Of a stretch of 64,000 nucleotides of DNA, positions 1 through 13,888 are shown piece by piece (the first letter of the stretch is position 1; every line of letters begins with the position of its first letter). The stretch is from contig CM082591.2 in assembly GCA_040954595.2 (NCBI GenBank), positions 9,315,209 to 9,379,208 on the forward strand, given 5' to 3'. Source of the DNA: Balanoglossus misakiensis (Eukaryota > Animalia > Hemichordata). The notes beneath the pieces are model-generated. The model was not told the DNA's origin. It saw only the letters and a program-made list of their open reading frames with translations, and made no database searches. The position numbers and the translations under genes are program-made.

Positions 1-1
1 G

Positions 2-1486
2 GACTGTGCATTTGCAGAAGCACTAAATAGAGTAAGAATTCACAAGAAAGGGCACACACTGAGTGCAAATGATCTAGTAATGTTCAATAACCGTGTGACT
101 GGTGAAGCATCTGAGGCAATTCACATCTTTGCTACAAATGCAGAAGTTAACAATTGCAATATCACAATGCTACATTCCTTGTGCTCTGATCCTGTATGTA
201 TTGAAGCACAAGATTTTAGTAAGAATACTAAGACTGGGAAACTCCAAAGAAAGGAAGGCCATCACGCCAAGGTGTATAGGACCACTTTACCAAAGACTCT
301 CACTCTAGCTAAGGGTGCACGAGTGCAACTGACACAAAATATTGATGTCTCTGATGGATTGGTGAATGGTGTATTTGGATCAGTATGTCACATTGATGTG
401 AAACCAAATGAAAGCTTTCCAACTGCTGTTTATGTTGTATTTGACAATGTGAAAGTTGGCCAAGGATTGCGAAACAAGAACCGTGTAAATATATCTGACC
501 TTCCTGAAAACACCACCCGTATAGAACCTCAGGAAATGTCTGTTGCAAGTAATGGTGGTATTAGGAGACAATTTCCTCTGAAACTAGCATGGGCATGTAC
601 AGTGCATAAGGTACAGGGATTAACAGTTGAAAAAGCTGTTGTCAGTTTAAAGAAGATATTTGCACCAGGACAGGCATATGTTGCATTGAGTCGAGTGACA
701 TCATTAGACGGGCTAACAATTGATGAATTTAAGACATCTTCTATATATTGCAATGAAAAGGTTCAAGCAGCCTTGGAAATGATGCCAAAGTTTGTTGATG
801 GGTGCTTTGAGCAATTACAGCCAAACTATAGATGCTCTTTTATACTTCATAATGTTGAAGGTCTTCTGAACCACATGGAAGATATTCGTAGTGGCAAGGA
901 ATACTTGGAGTCAGACTTTATTTGTTTGACGGAAACATGGCTAACTGAGAACCAGACAAAATGTGATGTGATAGTGAATGGATTTGAATTCAGTCACAAG
1001 CCTCGGTCAAAATCGTATAACAACTTTGATATGAATACTTCACAGTTGCAGTTGCAACATCATGGTGGTGTTGGCCTCTACGTCAAAGGAAGTCAATCTG
1101 TTGAAATTTTGGATTTGCCTGTTAGTAACTTGGAATATCTTACATTTTATGTCAAAGACATCAATACGGTGGTAGCATTAATTTACAGACCATCATCCTA
1201 TAAAGCAGTCGCATTCAGGAAAAACCTTCTTCTGTTGGTGAAGGAAATGTCAAAGTATTCAGGTGCTACAGTGATCATGGGTGATTTCAATGAAAATATT
1301 TTAACCTCATCATCTCTTGTGAAACTCATGGAAGACCATGGTTTCAAACAACACGTGAGCAAACCAACCACAGAAGCTGGTACATTGATTGACCATGTGT
1401 ATGTGAAAGGAGCAGGAAAGGTGGAAGTTGACATTGTGCCAAAGTACTTCAGTTTTCATGAAGCCATCAGCATTAAGATCTATTGA
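2..1486 (+). CDS. C-terminal part of Helentron (Helitron-family) Rep/PIF1-helicase-endonuclease protein, 5'-truncated by window edge
   Basis: Frame is open from base 2 (DCAFAEALNRVR...). PIF1 motifs: LAKGARVQLTQNIDVSDGLVNG, RRQFPLKLAWACTVHKVQGLT, GQAYVALSRV. These are fused to an EEP/AP-endonuclease domain (HNVEGL, CLTETWL, GGVGLYV, IYRP, MGDFNE, TLIDHVY, SFHEAI). The helicase+endonuclease fusion is characteristic of Helentrons. Confidence 0.9.
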   Translation, partial: DCAFAEALNRVRIHKKGHTLSANDLVMFNNRVTGEASEAIHIFATNAEVNNCNITMLHSLCSDPVCIEAQDFSKNTKTGKLQRKEGHHAKVYRTTLPKTLTLAKGARVQLTQNIDVSDGLVNGVFGSVCHIDVKPNESFPTAVYVVFDNVKVGQGLRNKNRVNISDLPENTTRIEPQEMSVASNGGIRRQFPLKLAWACTVHKVQGLTVEKAVVSLKKIFAPGQAYVALSRVTSLDGLTIDEFKTSSIYCNEKVQAALEMMPKFVDGCFEQLQPNYRCSFILHNVEGLLNHMEDIRSGKEYLESDFICLTETWLTENQTKCDVIVNGFEFSHKPRSKSYNNFDMNTSQLQLQHHGGVGLYVKGSQSVEILDLPVSNLEYLTFYVKDINTVVALIYRPSSYKAVAFRKNLLLLVKEMSKYSGATVIMGDFNENILTSSSLVKLMEDHGFKQHVSKPTTEAGTLIDHVYVKGAGKVEVDIVPKYFSFHEAISIKIY

Positions 1487-1563
1487 AAGACTCATTGTAA
1501 TATCTACAATGTTTGACCAAACATGGTGATCTGAGAAGCAAATTTAATACAAGTGAGGTACCA

Positions 1564-1920
1564 GTGAATGGATTGAAATTCAATCACCAGCCTCTGTGCA
1601 AATCATTAATACGGTGGTAGCAGTAATTTAAGACCACCATCATATAAAGCAGAAGTGTTCAGGAAAAACTTACTTCTGTTGATGAAAGGAAATGTAAATG
1701 TATCCAGGTGCTTCAGTGATCATGGGTGACATCAATGAAAATATTTAAATCATCTCTTGTCAATATAATGCAAGACCTTGGTTTCAAGCAACATTTGAGC
1801 AATCTAACTACAGAAGCTTGTACATTGATTGACCATGTGTATGTGAAAGGAACAGAAAATATTGGAGTTGAAATACTGCCAAAGTACTTCTGTCAGTTTA
1901 CATTAAGCCATCAGCATTAA
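1564..1920 (+). pseudogene. Degenerate partial duplicate of the Helentron endonuclease 3' region
   Basis: 1564-1593 resembles 974-1003 and 1603-1920 resembles 1160-1477 (TLIDHVYVKG...LPKYF), with indels and an internal deletion. Confidence 0.8.
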
Positions 1921-2669
1921 CATCATTAAGGCATTATGCATATAGTAATTAAAACCCGTGTTACATACAACTGGTGGGAGGGATAATGGGGTTTGAGACT
2001 TACGGGTCCCCATTTGGGAATTGTTGGGGTGGGGGGGGGGGGGGGTTGTAAACAAATTAATATGTTACTCTTAGGTTACCCTGGTGCTAATTGTCACATT
2101 TGATATCAAGCTGTCACTGTTTTTGTGTGATGGGAGACTAATATTTGATTGTCTATCATTTCAGAGCCATTTGTTTGACATGGCTGCAATGATTTCATTG
2201 AAATGACATGTTCACATGCAATCATTTACATGTATCATCATTATAGTGACATGATATTATCATGTTGTAGGTCATTGTGCACACATACCTGCTTATTGAT
2301 GTATATTAAAGCACACCAATTTATAACGTGCTACAAAAAAAGAAGTCAGTGGTGGCCGTTTATGATTTCTGATGCATGACATGACTTTTATTTGACTATA
2401 CCCAAAATGTTATGGGTGTGACCATGTTGTTGTGATGTTATCCATTAAATGCACCCGACTGTCATTTCTTGATGATTTTATTTATTCCAGTACTGTCAAT
2501 TGAGATATGTATTTCACCTGATTTCATCAAAACTCACAGTTTTAGTCCTACATGAATGTATGTCATAATTCCAACCTGACACTTTGTTACTGTAATTAAC
2601 AGACAATATATGATATCAAAAGTGTGAGTAATAACAGTCCCAAAAGCCTTGTTTGCATTACTGCTTACA

Positions 2670-2811
2670 CAGTGTTCTCCACAGGATTTTGGGAAAGTTA
2701 GGTGGATAATATCCATAACAATGTAATCATTATGTTAGTGATATTGCTTTCTCAAAATTTAAGAATAAGAGTGGTAGCCACCATGCTTTAATTGTTCTTT
2801 GGAGAACACTG
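2670..2811. mobile_element. hAT-type MITE
   Basis: TIRs CAGTGTTCTCC...GGAGAACACTG; imperfect 8-bp TSD TGCTTACA/TGCTGGCA. Confidence 0.6.
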
Positions 2812-5800
2812 TGCTGGCATATTTCACCCATCATCTGATCCTATATGTATACAGACAACAACATTTGGAATATGTGCAGATTCCAATATCCATGTGCATA
2901 CTAGAATGAGTGTGTACTCATACAATGCGGGACTGCAGAATAGATGGATGTAGCATATGTTAATGATTCAAGTTAGTCATATTTATTATGCAGCCTGAAT
3001 CAGAGGTTCACACTATGTTTTATGTAAATACCCATCAGTAAGGTTTATTTAAAGAAACCATTGTACGTGTCAAGTTAATAATGAGAAATTTGGCAAAATT
3101 GCAAAAAATATAGTAAAGCTTGAATGAAAGATTTCAATCATGTACCAAAGCATTTTCATTCTGTTGACAATGAAATGGAAGTTTGTAAATGGTGCATTGA
3201 AAATTCTCTAGGAAGAAGGTTAATTTAAGTATGATTACACAACTTAATATTTCTAATTGATGTTTTATTACACTGTATGTAAAGTACCATTGGGGGAAAT
3301 GTGTAAAACATTGATTTATAATTGGAAAAACATTAGCACCAGGGTAGCCTAGGTTTATCAATGTTCAATTCCATTTTGTAAATGTTTGAAATATATTTTT
3401 ATCTATTTTCACTATGTTATCTACAGAATGACTACATATTACCACTGTCTACTTTTGTGTCTCTGAGGCTGTCATGAATGGCTTAACACACTGAAGTTAA
3501 AATCATTATACAGACATTTGTGAAGCGATTTTAATAACCTGTCTGAAGTATAGTACCGTATGGTGTTTTATAGAATAAAACAAAAACCAATGTCCCCATA
3601 TGACGTTTGCTTTCAGAAAACAATACAAATTGCCCATCTGAGACTTAATTTTTAGGGGTACACGCACCAAGTAAAACATCCTATGAATGGCAATCCCAAA
3701 ATTATCCTTGATATCTGGTATTCAGACTTGTATTCTGTGAATCATCATTGCTATATACATGTATGTACTAACAACATGCTTTAACTGCAGTAGCAATAAC
3801 TGAACCAGTGTGAATAAATCAAACACTGTACACTGAAATATCTCACTATCGCTTTAATCGCAAACATTTAGTATGAGCTTGGTTATTGACAGATCCAAAG
3901 TAACCCACCAACACTGACACTATCAGTTTTGCATCACGGGCATGTCATTAATTATTTACTTTTTATGTCATATTTGATTTGTTAGAGAAATACCAAACGT
4001 AGTAGACAAGGACATCAACTTTCATAAAATGTGTTCCTATTAGTACTACAGTATAAATATCTGAATTATTTTAAAAATAGTCACAGCACTTATTGGAAGA
4101 ACTTATGTAACTGTATTCATACCTTGATGTTTAAATTATTGTCATTGGTTTATGTTTATTTCCATATGCTATTATTGTCAATAGGTGATTTATATGTTCA
4201 CGTGACCTGCACTGACCCATACATATACTTAGAATACCAAATGTATTGGGAGACAGGTGTGTTCAATAATTATGGCTTTAACATTCATGTAACACTATCC
4301 CTAGTAAGTATACAGATCTTAGTGGTCTTGTTTGTTAGAGAGCTAACAATGGGCTACGTTAATGATAGCCACACTCCAATCAGATAAAGAATTGTTTTCC
4401 AGAAGATGTCACCTGTTATCACCAAACCATGATTTACTTTTCTAGTGTCAGGCGATGATTTGATAAGTTGAACAGTTTCCAGAAGGACCATTGTAGTGCA
4501 CTGACACCAGCAAAATGATTTCATAAGATTTCATGGAAGTTTGAATGACTGGGTTCTTCCCATTTGCATATTGATATGTTCACACCTGGTATTTACTACT
4601 TAGGTGAAGTTGATGATGGCGTCTGATGAACTTAAGTGCAAACAATAGAAATTTTAATACACAGTTCAAGCAGGTCAATCAGTTCTGGCTACCTTTATGT
4701 GGAAATTGTCAGTTGACTTTCACAACTCACTGGGAGTGCCTACAAGACTGAACTCTACTTGTTTTCTGTGTCACTCCAATCTATTCACTACTACACGACC
4801 AGCTCAGCAAAACTAGGAACAGTTCACTCTTCAGCAAATCCATTATACAGGGGATGCCACTTCAGCAACATTGCAATCTGTGTAGACCTACCAACCTGTT
4901 GTATTCATCACATTCGCGCATCCACCTAGTCCTATGCACCTCTGAGAATCTCTATATTAAGAATATCTATGCCTGTACATATATAGAGTGTCTACTGTGT
5001 AGACACGGGAGGAATATTTTATACTACGGTAATTATTGTACTTGTAAGCTTTGTGTGTATTGGTGTCATGTATTTATATATATTTTTCTGTCGGCCTGGA
5101 GCCTGATTCAAATCAACCCAAACAATACGAAAAGGAAAAATAAAAAATAACTGATTTATTTTTTGAGTCAAAGTGTAAGACTTCATTAGGTGTTCAATGC
5201 CTCCAATTGCCAAGGCTGTATCTGCTGTGGATGCCAAGATATGTGAAAGTAAGTCAAAGGTCAGCAAAGGTCACCCGAAATTTTACTGGTCCATGTCCAG
5301 CAAAAAACGTACCTCTACCTACTATTTAGCCTTTAATTAGATATGTGCTAATTAATGAGGTCAGGTGTAAGACTCCATTAGGTGTTCAATCCCTCCCAAA
5401 TGCCAAGGCTGTATGTGCTCTGGATGCTGTGATATGGGAAAGAAGGTCAAAAGTCTCCTGAGGTAACCAGCGAATACCAAGGCTGTATCTGCTGTGGATA
5501 CCGAGATATGGGAAAGTAGGTCAAACATCACATGAGGTCAGCCAAAATTTGGGCTTAAATTTTTTACCCCAGAATGGTCTATGTCCAACAAAAACTAAAC
5601 CTCCAACCCGATTGGTTAGCTTGGAATTAGATATGCAGAAAAATGATGTATCGGAAATAGGCCCAACAAAAACCAGACCCCTAGCTCTATTGGTTCGCCT
5701 AGAATTAGGTATGTGCATAATTAATGAGGTCTTGTGTAAGACTCCATATGTGCTCCATCGCCCCCCAAAAGCCAGGACTCTAACTGCTGTGGATGCTGAG

Positions 5801-6707
5801 ATATGGGAAAGTAGATCAAAGGTCATCCAAGGTCACCCAAAATTTGGGCATAATATTTTGACCCAAGAGTGGGCCATGTCCAACTAAAACCAGACCTCTA
5901 GCCCTATTGGTTAGCCTGGAATTAGATATGCAGAAAAATGATGTTTCAGAAATAGGTCAAGGGTCATTGCCAAAATTACCAAAATATTTGTGTCATGTCC
6001 TGGCAGCATTGGTACATATGTCCACAAAATTCATGACTGTGGTGCTTTGACAAGAGGAGGTATGGGGAATATGCATATATAATTAGTTGTTTTAAAACTG
6101 GGTCAAAGGTCATGTGAAAATTGCCCCCAAAAATTTTGACAACTTCCGGTCATATGATGACTCATATCCAAAAAAAGAATTTCCGTGCTGTCAACATTTT
6201 GGCTACAAAACGGAATTTTCATTTTTCAATGGTTTTCCGATAATCCAACATGGCCGCCATAATGATCGACCAATCACAGTGCGCTTCGCAAACTTGATAG
6301 ACATAGGATAGGTGACCACATACCCCGAATCCCGTAACTCGGCAATGGCTGGTTCTGGAGAAGAAGATTTTTAAAGTTTTAAGTAGTTTTTCAGAAAAAC
6401 AATTGTAGCAAAAAAACTGTATGTGTGACATCATGATTTCAATGGGGTAAAATGATGGACAGAAGGTAGGCTACCTGCACACCAAATTTGAACTCGATCG
6501 GCCCAGCAGTTTTTGAGAAGGACTCGTTTAACGATTTTCAGGAAATCCAATATGGCCGCCAGGTCACGTGACTAATTAAATATTCACGAGCCACTGCACG
6601 TCTACACATTGGCCCCTATCACCCTACCAAGTTTTAGCCCCCTAGGTGCAGCGGTTTTCCAGATCTACCTGGCCGAATTTCTCGGAAGAAGAAGAATAAT
6701 AATAATT

Positions 6708-8171
6708 AAAGCTGCAAGCAGCATTGTCCGGGCCCAAGCTCTTTTATCTGATCAGATTATTAGATATGCACATAATTAATGAGTAGAAACATAATGCTGT
6801 GTTTTATCCCATGAAATATCAAGGTTATATCTATGTTTGGTGCTGATATAGTGTTAAGTAGGTCAAAGGTCATCTGAGGTCACCCAAAATTTGGGCAGAA
6901 AATGTTGACCCATAGTGGTCCATGTCCAACAAAAACCAGACCTCTAGCCCTTTTGGTTAGCCCGGAATTAGGTATGCACATAAATAATGAGTTAAGCAGG
7001 TGTCACAGGTGACCAGAAACTTTGGCTTTTCATTATGGCCCCATACCTCCAAACGCCAAGGCTGTATCTGCTGTGGATGTCGAGATATGTAAAACTAGGT
7101 CAAAGGTCACCCGAGGTCACCCAACATTTGGGCAAAAATTTTTGACCCAATACTGGTCCATGTCCAACAGAAACCAATCCTCTAGGTCTATTGGTTCATC
7201 TGTAATTAGGTATGCACATATTTAATGAGGTCAGCAGAGGTCAAAGGGGTCATGAAAAGTAGCGAAATTTTTTGATCACATACAAATCCACATACATCAA
7301 AAACCAAAATGATAGCCCTATAGGTTAGCCTGGAATTAGATATGCAGAAAAAACGATGTGTCAAAAGTAGGTCAAAGGTCATTGCCAAAATTACCAAAAT
7401 ATTTGGGGTAGGTCCTGGCAGGGGTGATACCAATGTGCACAAAAATCAGAACTCTGGTACATTTAGAACAGGTAGTATGAGCTATATATGCATATATGCA
7501 GGTTCTTAAAAAAGTAGGTCAAAGGTCATGTGAAAATTGCCAAAAAATTTGCAACATATTCTAGTCATATCACGACTCATATCCATAAAAAGAATTTGTA
7601 TGCTATCTATTTTTAGACTAGAAAAATGATTTCTTAATTTTCGCTGGTTTTTACAAAATCCAATATGGCCGCCATAATCTTCGACCAATCACAACGCTCT
7701 TCGCAAACTTGATAGACATCAGTTAGGTGATGTCATACCCTAAATCCCATGACTCGGTTATTGCCGGTTCTGGAGAAGAAGATTTTTGAAGATTTTACTG
7801 TACTTTTTCGAAAATCCAATATGGCGGCCAAAGTCACGTGACCGCTCAGGATTTTATTGTCAAACTTTAAAGGGCAGAGGACATGTGTACCATACACCAA
7901 ATTTGAACTTGATTGGCCCTGTGGTTTTTGAGAAGAAGCCATTTAAAGATTTTCAGAAAATCCAATATGGCCGCCAGGTCACGTGACTAATTAAATATTC
8001 ACAAGCCACTGCACATCTACTCATTGACCTTGACCACTGTAGCAAGTTTGAGAAGTGTACCTGTAGCCGTTTCAGAGATCTAGGAGAGCAAAGATTGACA
8101 TAAGAATAAAGAAAGAAAAACTCCAACGAAACCAATACGGGCCCAAGCCTGGCTTGGCTTGGGCCCGTAAT
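6708..8171 (-). mobile_element. Non-autonomous Helentron (HINE/DINE-1-like) nested in the terminal AAT tract of the outer Helentron
   Basis: One end has a 14-bp-stem palindrome TACGGGCCCAAGCC..GGCTTGGGCCCGTA (8136-8169). The other end has the matching subterminal repeat CGGGCCCAAGC (6729-6739) and a short stem-loop GCTGC-AA-GCAGC (6711-6722). Flanks are AAT-rich with no TSD. Confidence 0.7.
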
Positions 8172-8352
8172 AATAAAGAAAAATTCCAACAATACCAATA
8201 GGGGCACAAGCCCGATAGGCTTGTGCCCCTAATAAAGAAATATTCCAACAATACCAATAGGGGCACAAGCCCGATAGGCTTGTGCCCCTAATAAAGAAGA
8301 AATATTCCAACAATACCAATAGGGGCACAAGCCCGATAGGCTTGTGCCCCTA
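8172..8352. repeat. Three tandem ~60-bp copies of a Helentron terminal hairpin
   Basis: TAGGGGCACAAGCC-CGATA-GGCTTGTGCCCCTA at 8199-8231, 8258-8290 and 8320-8352, each preceded by TTCCAACAATACCAA. Confidence 0.85.
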
Positions 8353-8841
8353 AAAAAGTGTCCAACAGGGGTCGCGACCTCTTTACCGTAATTTGCGAAG
8401 ACACAAGAGACGCTCGTTTTCAAACCCAACCGTAGGCTTATCGAAACACAAACAATGTAGCAGCACGATGTGATAGGGGTGTGTGCGTAAACGTATCACC
8501 ATTGAAGCGCATCATAGACGACTTTCCTGAAGTGGAAGATCGCGATTATTTATGCTTGCCAAGGTGTTACGGCAAGAGCTCGACGACGCTGTGTAGCGTT
8601 TGTCTGCGATAAGACGCAAGAATGTTGGGAAAGTAACGTACTTTTCCGTGCGCTAATTACCATGACCACGTTGACCGGTAGTGCGTGGCGGTCCGGTTAT
8701 GCAAATGAAACTTTAGACATGTTAAAACTGTATTTCGCAACGCATGCTTAGAATAGGGTTGTACAAGTTAGTGTATGCGACAAATCCCACATCGTGAAAG
8801 CATCTTCAAACGGAACACCACAAACTTCAATATCATTCAAA

Positions 8842-9912
8842 ATGCCGCTCCAGCGAAATCAAATATTGCTTCTCATATCTTGTATCCGAAGTATGATGGT
8901 GATATTGTCTGTAGTCTCCGTGGTCATCCATCTCCCAATGTATTCTGAAGAACGGGAAGTGTATCATCTAGCGCAGTTGGTTGATGATCTGTCGTTTATC
9001 CAGATCTTGACACGTCTGTTGTGTGACATCCTGCGTCCACCTTTACGACGACCACCAACCATATACAACCTGCTTTTTTTCTCAAACGATGATGGTATTG
9101 GCCGAGGTAATGGCGTAGATGTTTGGACATCATTACAAGGACGTCCTCGCCATTTCTGGATGTTAACTGGAGAAACCATTCAATCGATGGAAGCTAGTAT
9201 ACATGACCTGGAACCGAATCTACGTCGTCATCCTGCCATGGATTAAAGAAATCGTTTTCTTCTCACTTTTATTTGGCTACGGCATTATCCTACTCTAGAC
9301 TTACTAGCAGCGTGGTTTGGGGTAAGCAACACGACTATTCATAGAGAAATATGTCACCTTCTCTCATTAATTTGGCATTACTTTCGACGTAGCGTCCGCT
9401 GGCCATCGTTGGAACGCTTTGGACAACTACGTGGACAATGGGAACATTTTCCTAATGCCGTAGCTACAATCGATGGTACTCTACATGAAATATATCGTCC
9501 CGAAGTTGAAGAACAGCATAACTTTTACAGTGGATACGCTCGTCATCATGCAATGAGCACCCAAGTTATTGTGGACAATCAATGTAACATTATTTTCATT
9601 CAGTCGGGATTTCTGGGACATGCTAATGATGCCATGCAGTACAGATTGTTACCATCGATAGGGTTGAAAGGTGAATTGCAGATTCCACGAGATGTATATT
9701 TTTGAGCTGACCAAGGATACCCAAATATGTATCCGCTATTAACGAGATTTCCAACCCGTGAGTTGCGTGGTCCGTACCGCCCAAAGATGCTCGTATTCAA
9801 TAGAGAATTTAATTTTGCCCGAGTTTATGTTGAACATGCCATAAAATATATGAAAACTTATAGGGCAATTAATTCTGTTTATCGGCACCCACGTTGGCTA
9901 ATGCCGATTATT
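8842..9912 (+). pseudogene. PIF/Harbinger-ISL2EU (DDE_Tnp_4-like) transposase pseudogene, 3'-truncated
   Basis: One frame with stops at 9244-9246 and 9703-9705. HTH-like LLTFIWLRHYPTLDLLAAWFGVS; catalytic AVATIDGT, ADQGY, RVYVEHAI; also NFYSGY and GHAND. Cut at 9913 by the foldback element. Confidence 0.85.
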
Positions 9913-12900
9913 TAGACCATGAGCCAGTAGGGGTTTACCTCCCCCCCCCCCCCGGAGGAATTTTCTAGACAATGTTTTTCTGAAAGCCTATCATATACTG
10001 AGTAAAATTCACTTTGTTTGCCATCTGGGCACCGGGGCGTTTTCGAGTTATTGGCTTCTAAATTATATTGGGTAACGTATGTAGTAAAGCCTAAAAGTGC
10101 ATATAAATTGACGTAGGGGGGTAAATTAGTCTTGTAAAATACTGTCTCTCTGAACGTATACCTATGACAAATCATGACATTAGGTGACATCATAAGTCAA
10201 AATACCCTTACGAAAATGGTGTTCTGTTCACCTATAAATGTGAGGTTTTGCAAAACATGTCTCTGTGCAATTGCACTAATGAAAACTGTGATGTGTTTGA
10301 TATCATCAGAAAGCTGATTGAGTAAAGTATCTAATTATTGCAAAAAATTGATATAATAATCAATTACGTCATCATTACGTCATACTTCCAAGTACCCTTA
10401 CCAATTAGTGACTATGATGACAAGTTATTACCCTAGGAGATAGGTGCCTTTAAATAAAAAAATTAATAAGGAAGGTTTGTGAAGTCCATTCTATGTAAAA
10501 AATGGTGCTGATTCCAAAAAAGTCAGTCTTATTGACCCCACCCAAGACAAAATTGCCATTTTGGCACCTTTTAACCCAAAAAAGGTCATTTTTAGAAAAC
10601 ACTAAAAACACACTGTTTTCGTCACATTCGAAGATCTGATGACATACGATATGCCTATTCTATGTAAAATTTGGTTGATATTGCGAAAAAAGCAGTCTGA
10701 CTGACCCCACCCAAGACAAAATTGCCATTTTGGCACTTTTTAACCCAAAAAGGTCATTTTTAGAAAACACTAAAAACACACTGTTTTCGTCACATTCGAA
10801 GATCTGATGACATATGATATGCCTATTCTATGTAAAATTTGGTTGATATTACGAAACAAGCAGTCTGACTGACCCCAAACGAGACAGAATTGCCTTTTTG
10901 ACCATTTTTTGCCCAAAAACGTCATTTTTAGACAACACTTAAAACACACTCTTCTCTTCATATTGATTGATTTGATGATATATGGAAAGTCAATTCTATG
11001 TGTAAAATGGTGACTATAAAACATAAAGCAGTCTTTTTGACCCCAATCAATACAAAAATGCCATTTTTGGCCACATTTTTGAGGTCAAAAAGGTCATTTT
11101 TACAAAAAAACTAAAAACAAACTGTTTTCTTCATATTCAGAGATCTGATTATGTATGAACAGTCCATTCTACGTATAAAAAAATCTGATTGACCCCATTC
11201 TAGTCAAAATTGCGTTTTTGGCAATTTATTGCCTAAAAAGACGTACTTAAGACAAATTTATCATTTTAAACATTTTCTAGAGGAAAAAAATGTTTGCAAC
11301 TAATAATAAATAAAAGTCCATTCTATCTTAAAAGTATCGATTTTTCCAAAAAAGCACTCTTACTGACTCCACAGAGGGAAAAAATTCCATTTTGGCCACT
11401 TTGCTCAAAAAAGGTAACTGCTTGAAACTTCTTTCTTTATTTTCAGAGATCTTATGATGTACGGAGAAGGTCCATTTTTGTTGAAAGGGAGCCGATTCCA
11501 AAAAAAAATTATTTTCAGCCCTACAAATTGTCATTTCGGCCATTTTTTGGTCAAAAAGGTCATTTCAAGAAAAAATGAAAACAAGCTGTTTTCTTCGTAT
11601 TTAAATGTTTGATTATGAATGGAAAGTCCATTTTTTGCAAAAAAATATGCTGATACCAACACAACAGTCTTATTAAGACCCCACTCAATACAAAATTGCC
11701 ACTAAGCCATCTTCTAGTCAACAATTGTCTTTTTCAGAAAACAAAATAATTGGTGTTTTTTGCCTTTTGAGTTTTGATGTTATATTTGCATATTTAAAAT
11801 GTCATACCATATGATATCAGTTGAATTGATGATATTGAAAGGCAGAGTTGCCACAAGTTGGCACATTTAGCCTAAAATGGAACTCAACAATAAAACGAGA
11901 CGATCCATGTATTCACACTGTATACTATAAGTCGGTTATACATGGTATAAATTTTTATACATGGTATAAATTTTGTTATGTACATCTATACCAGCTCCGG
12001 ATAGATTTTTGACATTTATCCTCTTCGTTCTGAATACAAAATCAGAAATTATATTATATCATGATACCTCCGTCATTTTGATTGTACAGGGGTGCAATCC
12101 CACGATGCTAAATACTCAATAGAGCTAAAACTGGCCCCTGAACTAGCACACAACAGGGAAAATGTGGGTTTAAACCTAATAAATATAATAAAATCTCTTA
12201 AATTCCTTGACGTTTCAATTTGGAGATGCTCTAAGTGAATATTTGGGACTTTGCCATGTGCAGTGCCTGTCTTTTTGTCGCCTGTATCATGGTCCTGGGC
12301 GACGTGTTTAGATTCATCGATGCGACTTTGGTTCAATTCGTATAACTTCTTTTACTCTCGACGCTGTTGCATCATCATTGTGAGTTCAATTTGGGCTGTC
12401 TCCAAATGCAAACATTTTTTTTCTCTAGAAAATGTTTAAAATGATAAATTTGTCTTAATAGGTCTTTTAGGCAATTAATTGCCAAAAACGCAATTTTGAC
12501 TAGAATGGGGTCAATCAGATTTTTTTTTTTACATAGAATGGACTTTTAATACATAATCAGATCTCTGAATATGAAGAATTCAAAACAGTTTGTTTTTAGT
12601 TTTTTTTGTAAAAATGACTTTTTTGACCTCAAAAATGTGGCCAAAAATGGCATTTTTGTATTGATTGGGGTCAAAAAGACTGCTTTATGTTTTATAGTCA
12701 CCATTTTACACATAGAATTGACTTTCCATATATCATCAAATCAATCAATATGAAGAGAAGAGTGTGTTTTAAGTTTTGTCTAAAAATGACGTTTTTGGGC
12801 AAAAAATGGTCAAAAAGGCAATTCTGTCTCGTTTGGGGTCAGTCGGACTGCTTTTTTTGTAATATAAACCAAATTTTACATAGAATAGGCATATCATATG

Positions 12901-13888
12901 TCATCAGATCTTCGAATGTGATGAAAACAGTGTGTTTTTAGTGTTTTCTAAAAATGACCTTTTTTGGGCAAAAAAGTGCCAAAATGGCAATTTTGTCTTG
13001 GGTGGGGTCAGTCAGACTGATTTCTTCGTAATATCAACCAAATTTTACATAAAATAGGCATATCATATGTCATCAGATCTTCGAATGTGACGAAAACAGT
13101 GTGTTTTTAGTGTTTTCTAAAAATGACCTTTTTTGGGTTAAAAAGTGCCAAAATGGCAATTTTGTCTTGGGTGGGGTCAATAAGACTGACTTTTTTGGAA
13201 TCAGCACCATTTTTTACATAGAATGGACTTCACAAAACTTCCTTATTAATTTTTTTATTTAAAGGCACCTATCTCCTAGGGTAATAACTTGTCATCATAG
13301 TCACTAATTGGTAAGGGTACTTGGAAGTATGACGTAATGATGACGTAATTGATTATTATATCAATTTTTTGCAATAATTAGATACTTTACTCAATCAGCT
13401 TTCTGTTGATACCAATAACATCACAGTTTTCATCAGTACAATTGCTCAGAGACGTGTTTTGCAAAACCTCACATTTATAGGTGAACAGAACACCATTTTC
13501 GTAAGGGTATTTTGACGTATGACGTCACTATGATGTCATGATTTGTCATTTCACTTTTATTTTGTAATTAATGGAAAGCTTGTTTATTAAGCTTTCTTTT
13601 GATACCAAATACTTCCCTGTTGTTCTAGGTATACATTCAGAGAGACAGTATTTTACAAGACTAATTTACCCCCCTACGTCAATTTATATGCACTTTTAGG
13701 CTCTCCTACATACGTTACCCAATATAATTTAGAAGCCAATAACTCGAAAACGCCCCGGTGCCCAGATGGCAAACAAAGTGAATTTTACTCAGTATATGAT
13801 AGGCTTTCAGAAAAACATTGTCTCAAAAATTCCCCCGGGGGGGGGGGGGGGGGGGGGTGGAGGTAAACCCCTACTGGCTCATGGTCTA
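9913..13888. mobile_element. Non-autonomous foldback DNA transposon with ~1.4-kb TIRs (Academ-like, tentative)
   Basis: Ends TAGACCATGAGCCAGTAGGGGTTTACCTCC...GGAGGTAAACCCCTACTGGCTCATGGTCTA. Arms 9913-11298 and 12407-13888 are near-identical inverted copies containing ~168-bp tandem subrepeats; the right arm has ~77 extra bp near 13550-13625. Superfamily call rests on TAG termini and long repetitive TIRs only. Confidence 0.85.

Larger units (their letters stand above)
1..8352 (+). mobile_element. Helentron rolling-circle transposon (partial; other end outside window)
   Basis: Helicase-endonuclease ORF, then internally repetitive DNA (GGTCAAAGGTCA, AATATGGCCGCC, CACGTGAC modules at ~5160-8100), then terminal palindromic hairpins at 8199-8352. 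Continuity across 2000-5100 is inferred. Confidence 0.65.

Noticed and set aside
8130-8352. CRISPR-like array of palindromic repeats
   Set aside because: Intervening sequences are near-identical rather than unique spacers, there are no cas genes, and the context is eukaryotic. Explained as Helentron termini.
10770-12941. Twin 84-aa ORFs (10770-11024, 12687-12941) and twin 68-aa ORFs (27673, 30203)
   Set aside because: Chance ORFs within repeat arms and duplicated segments.
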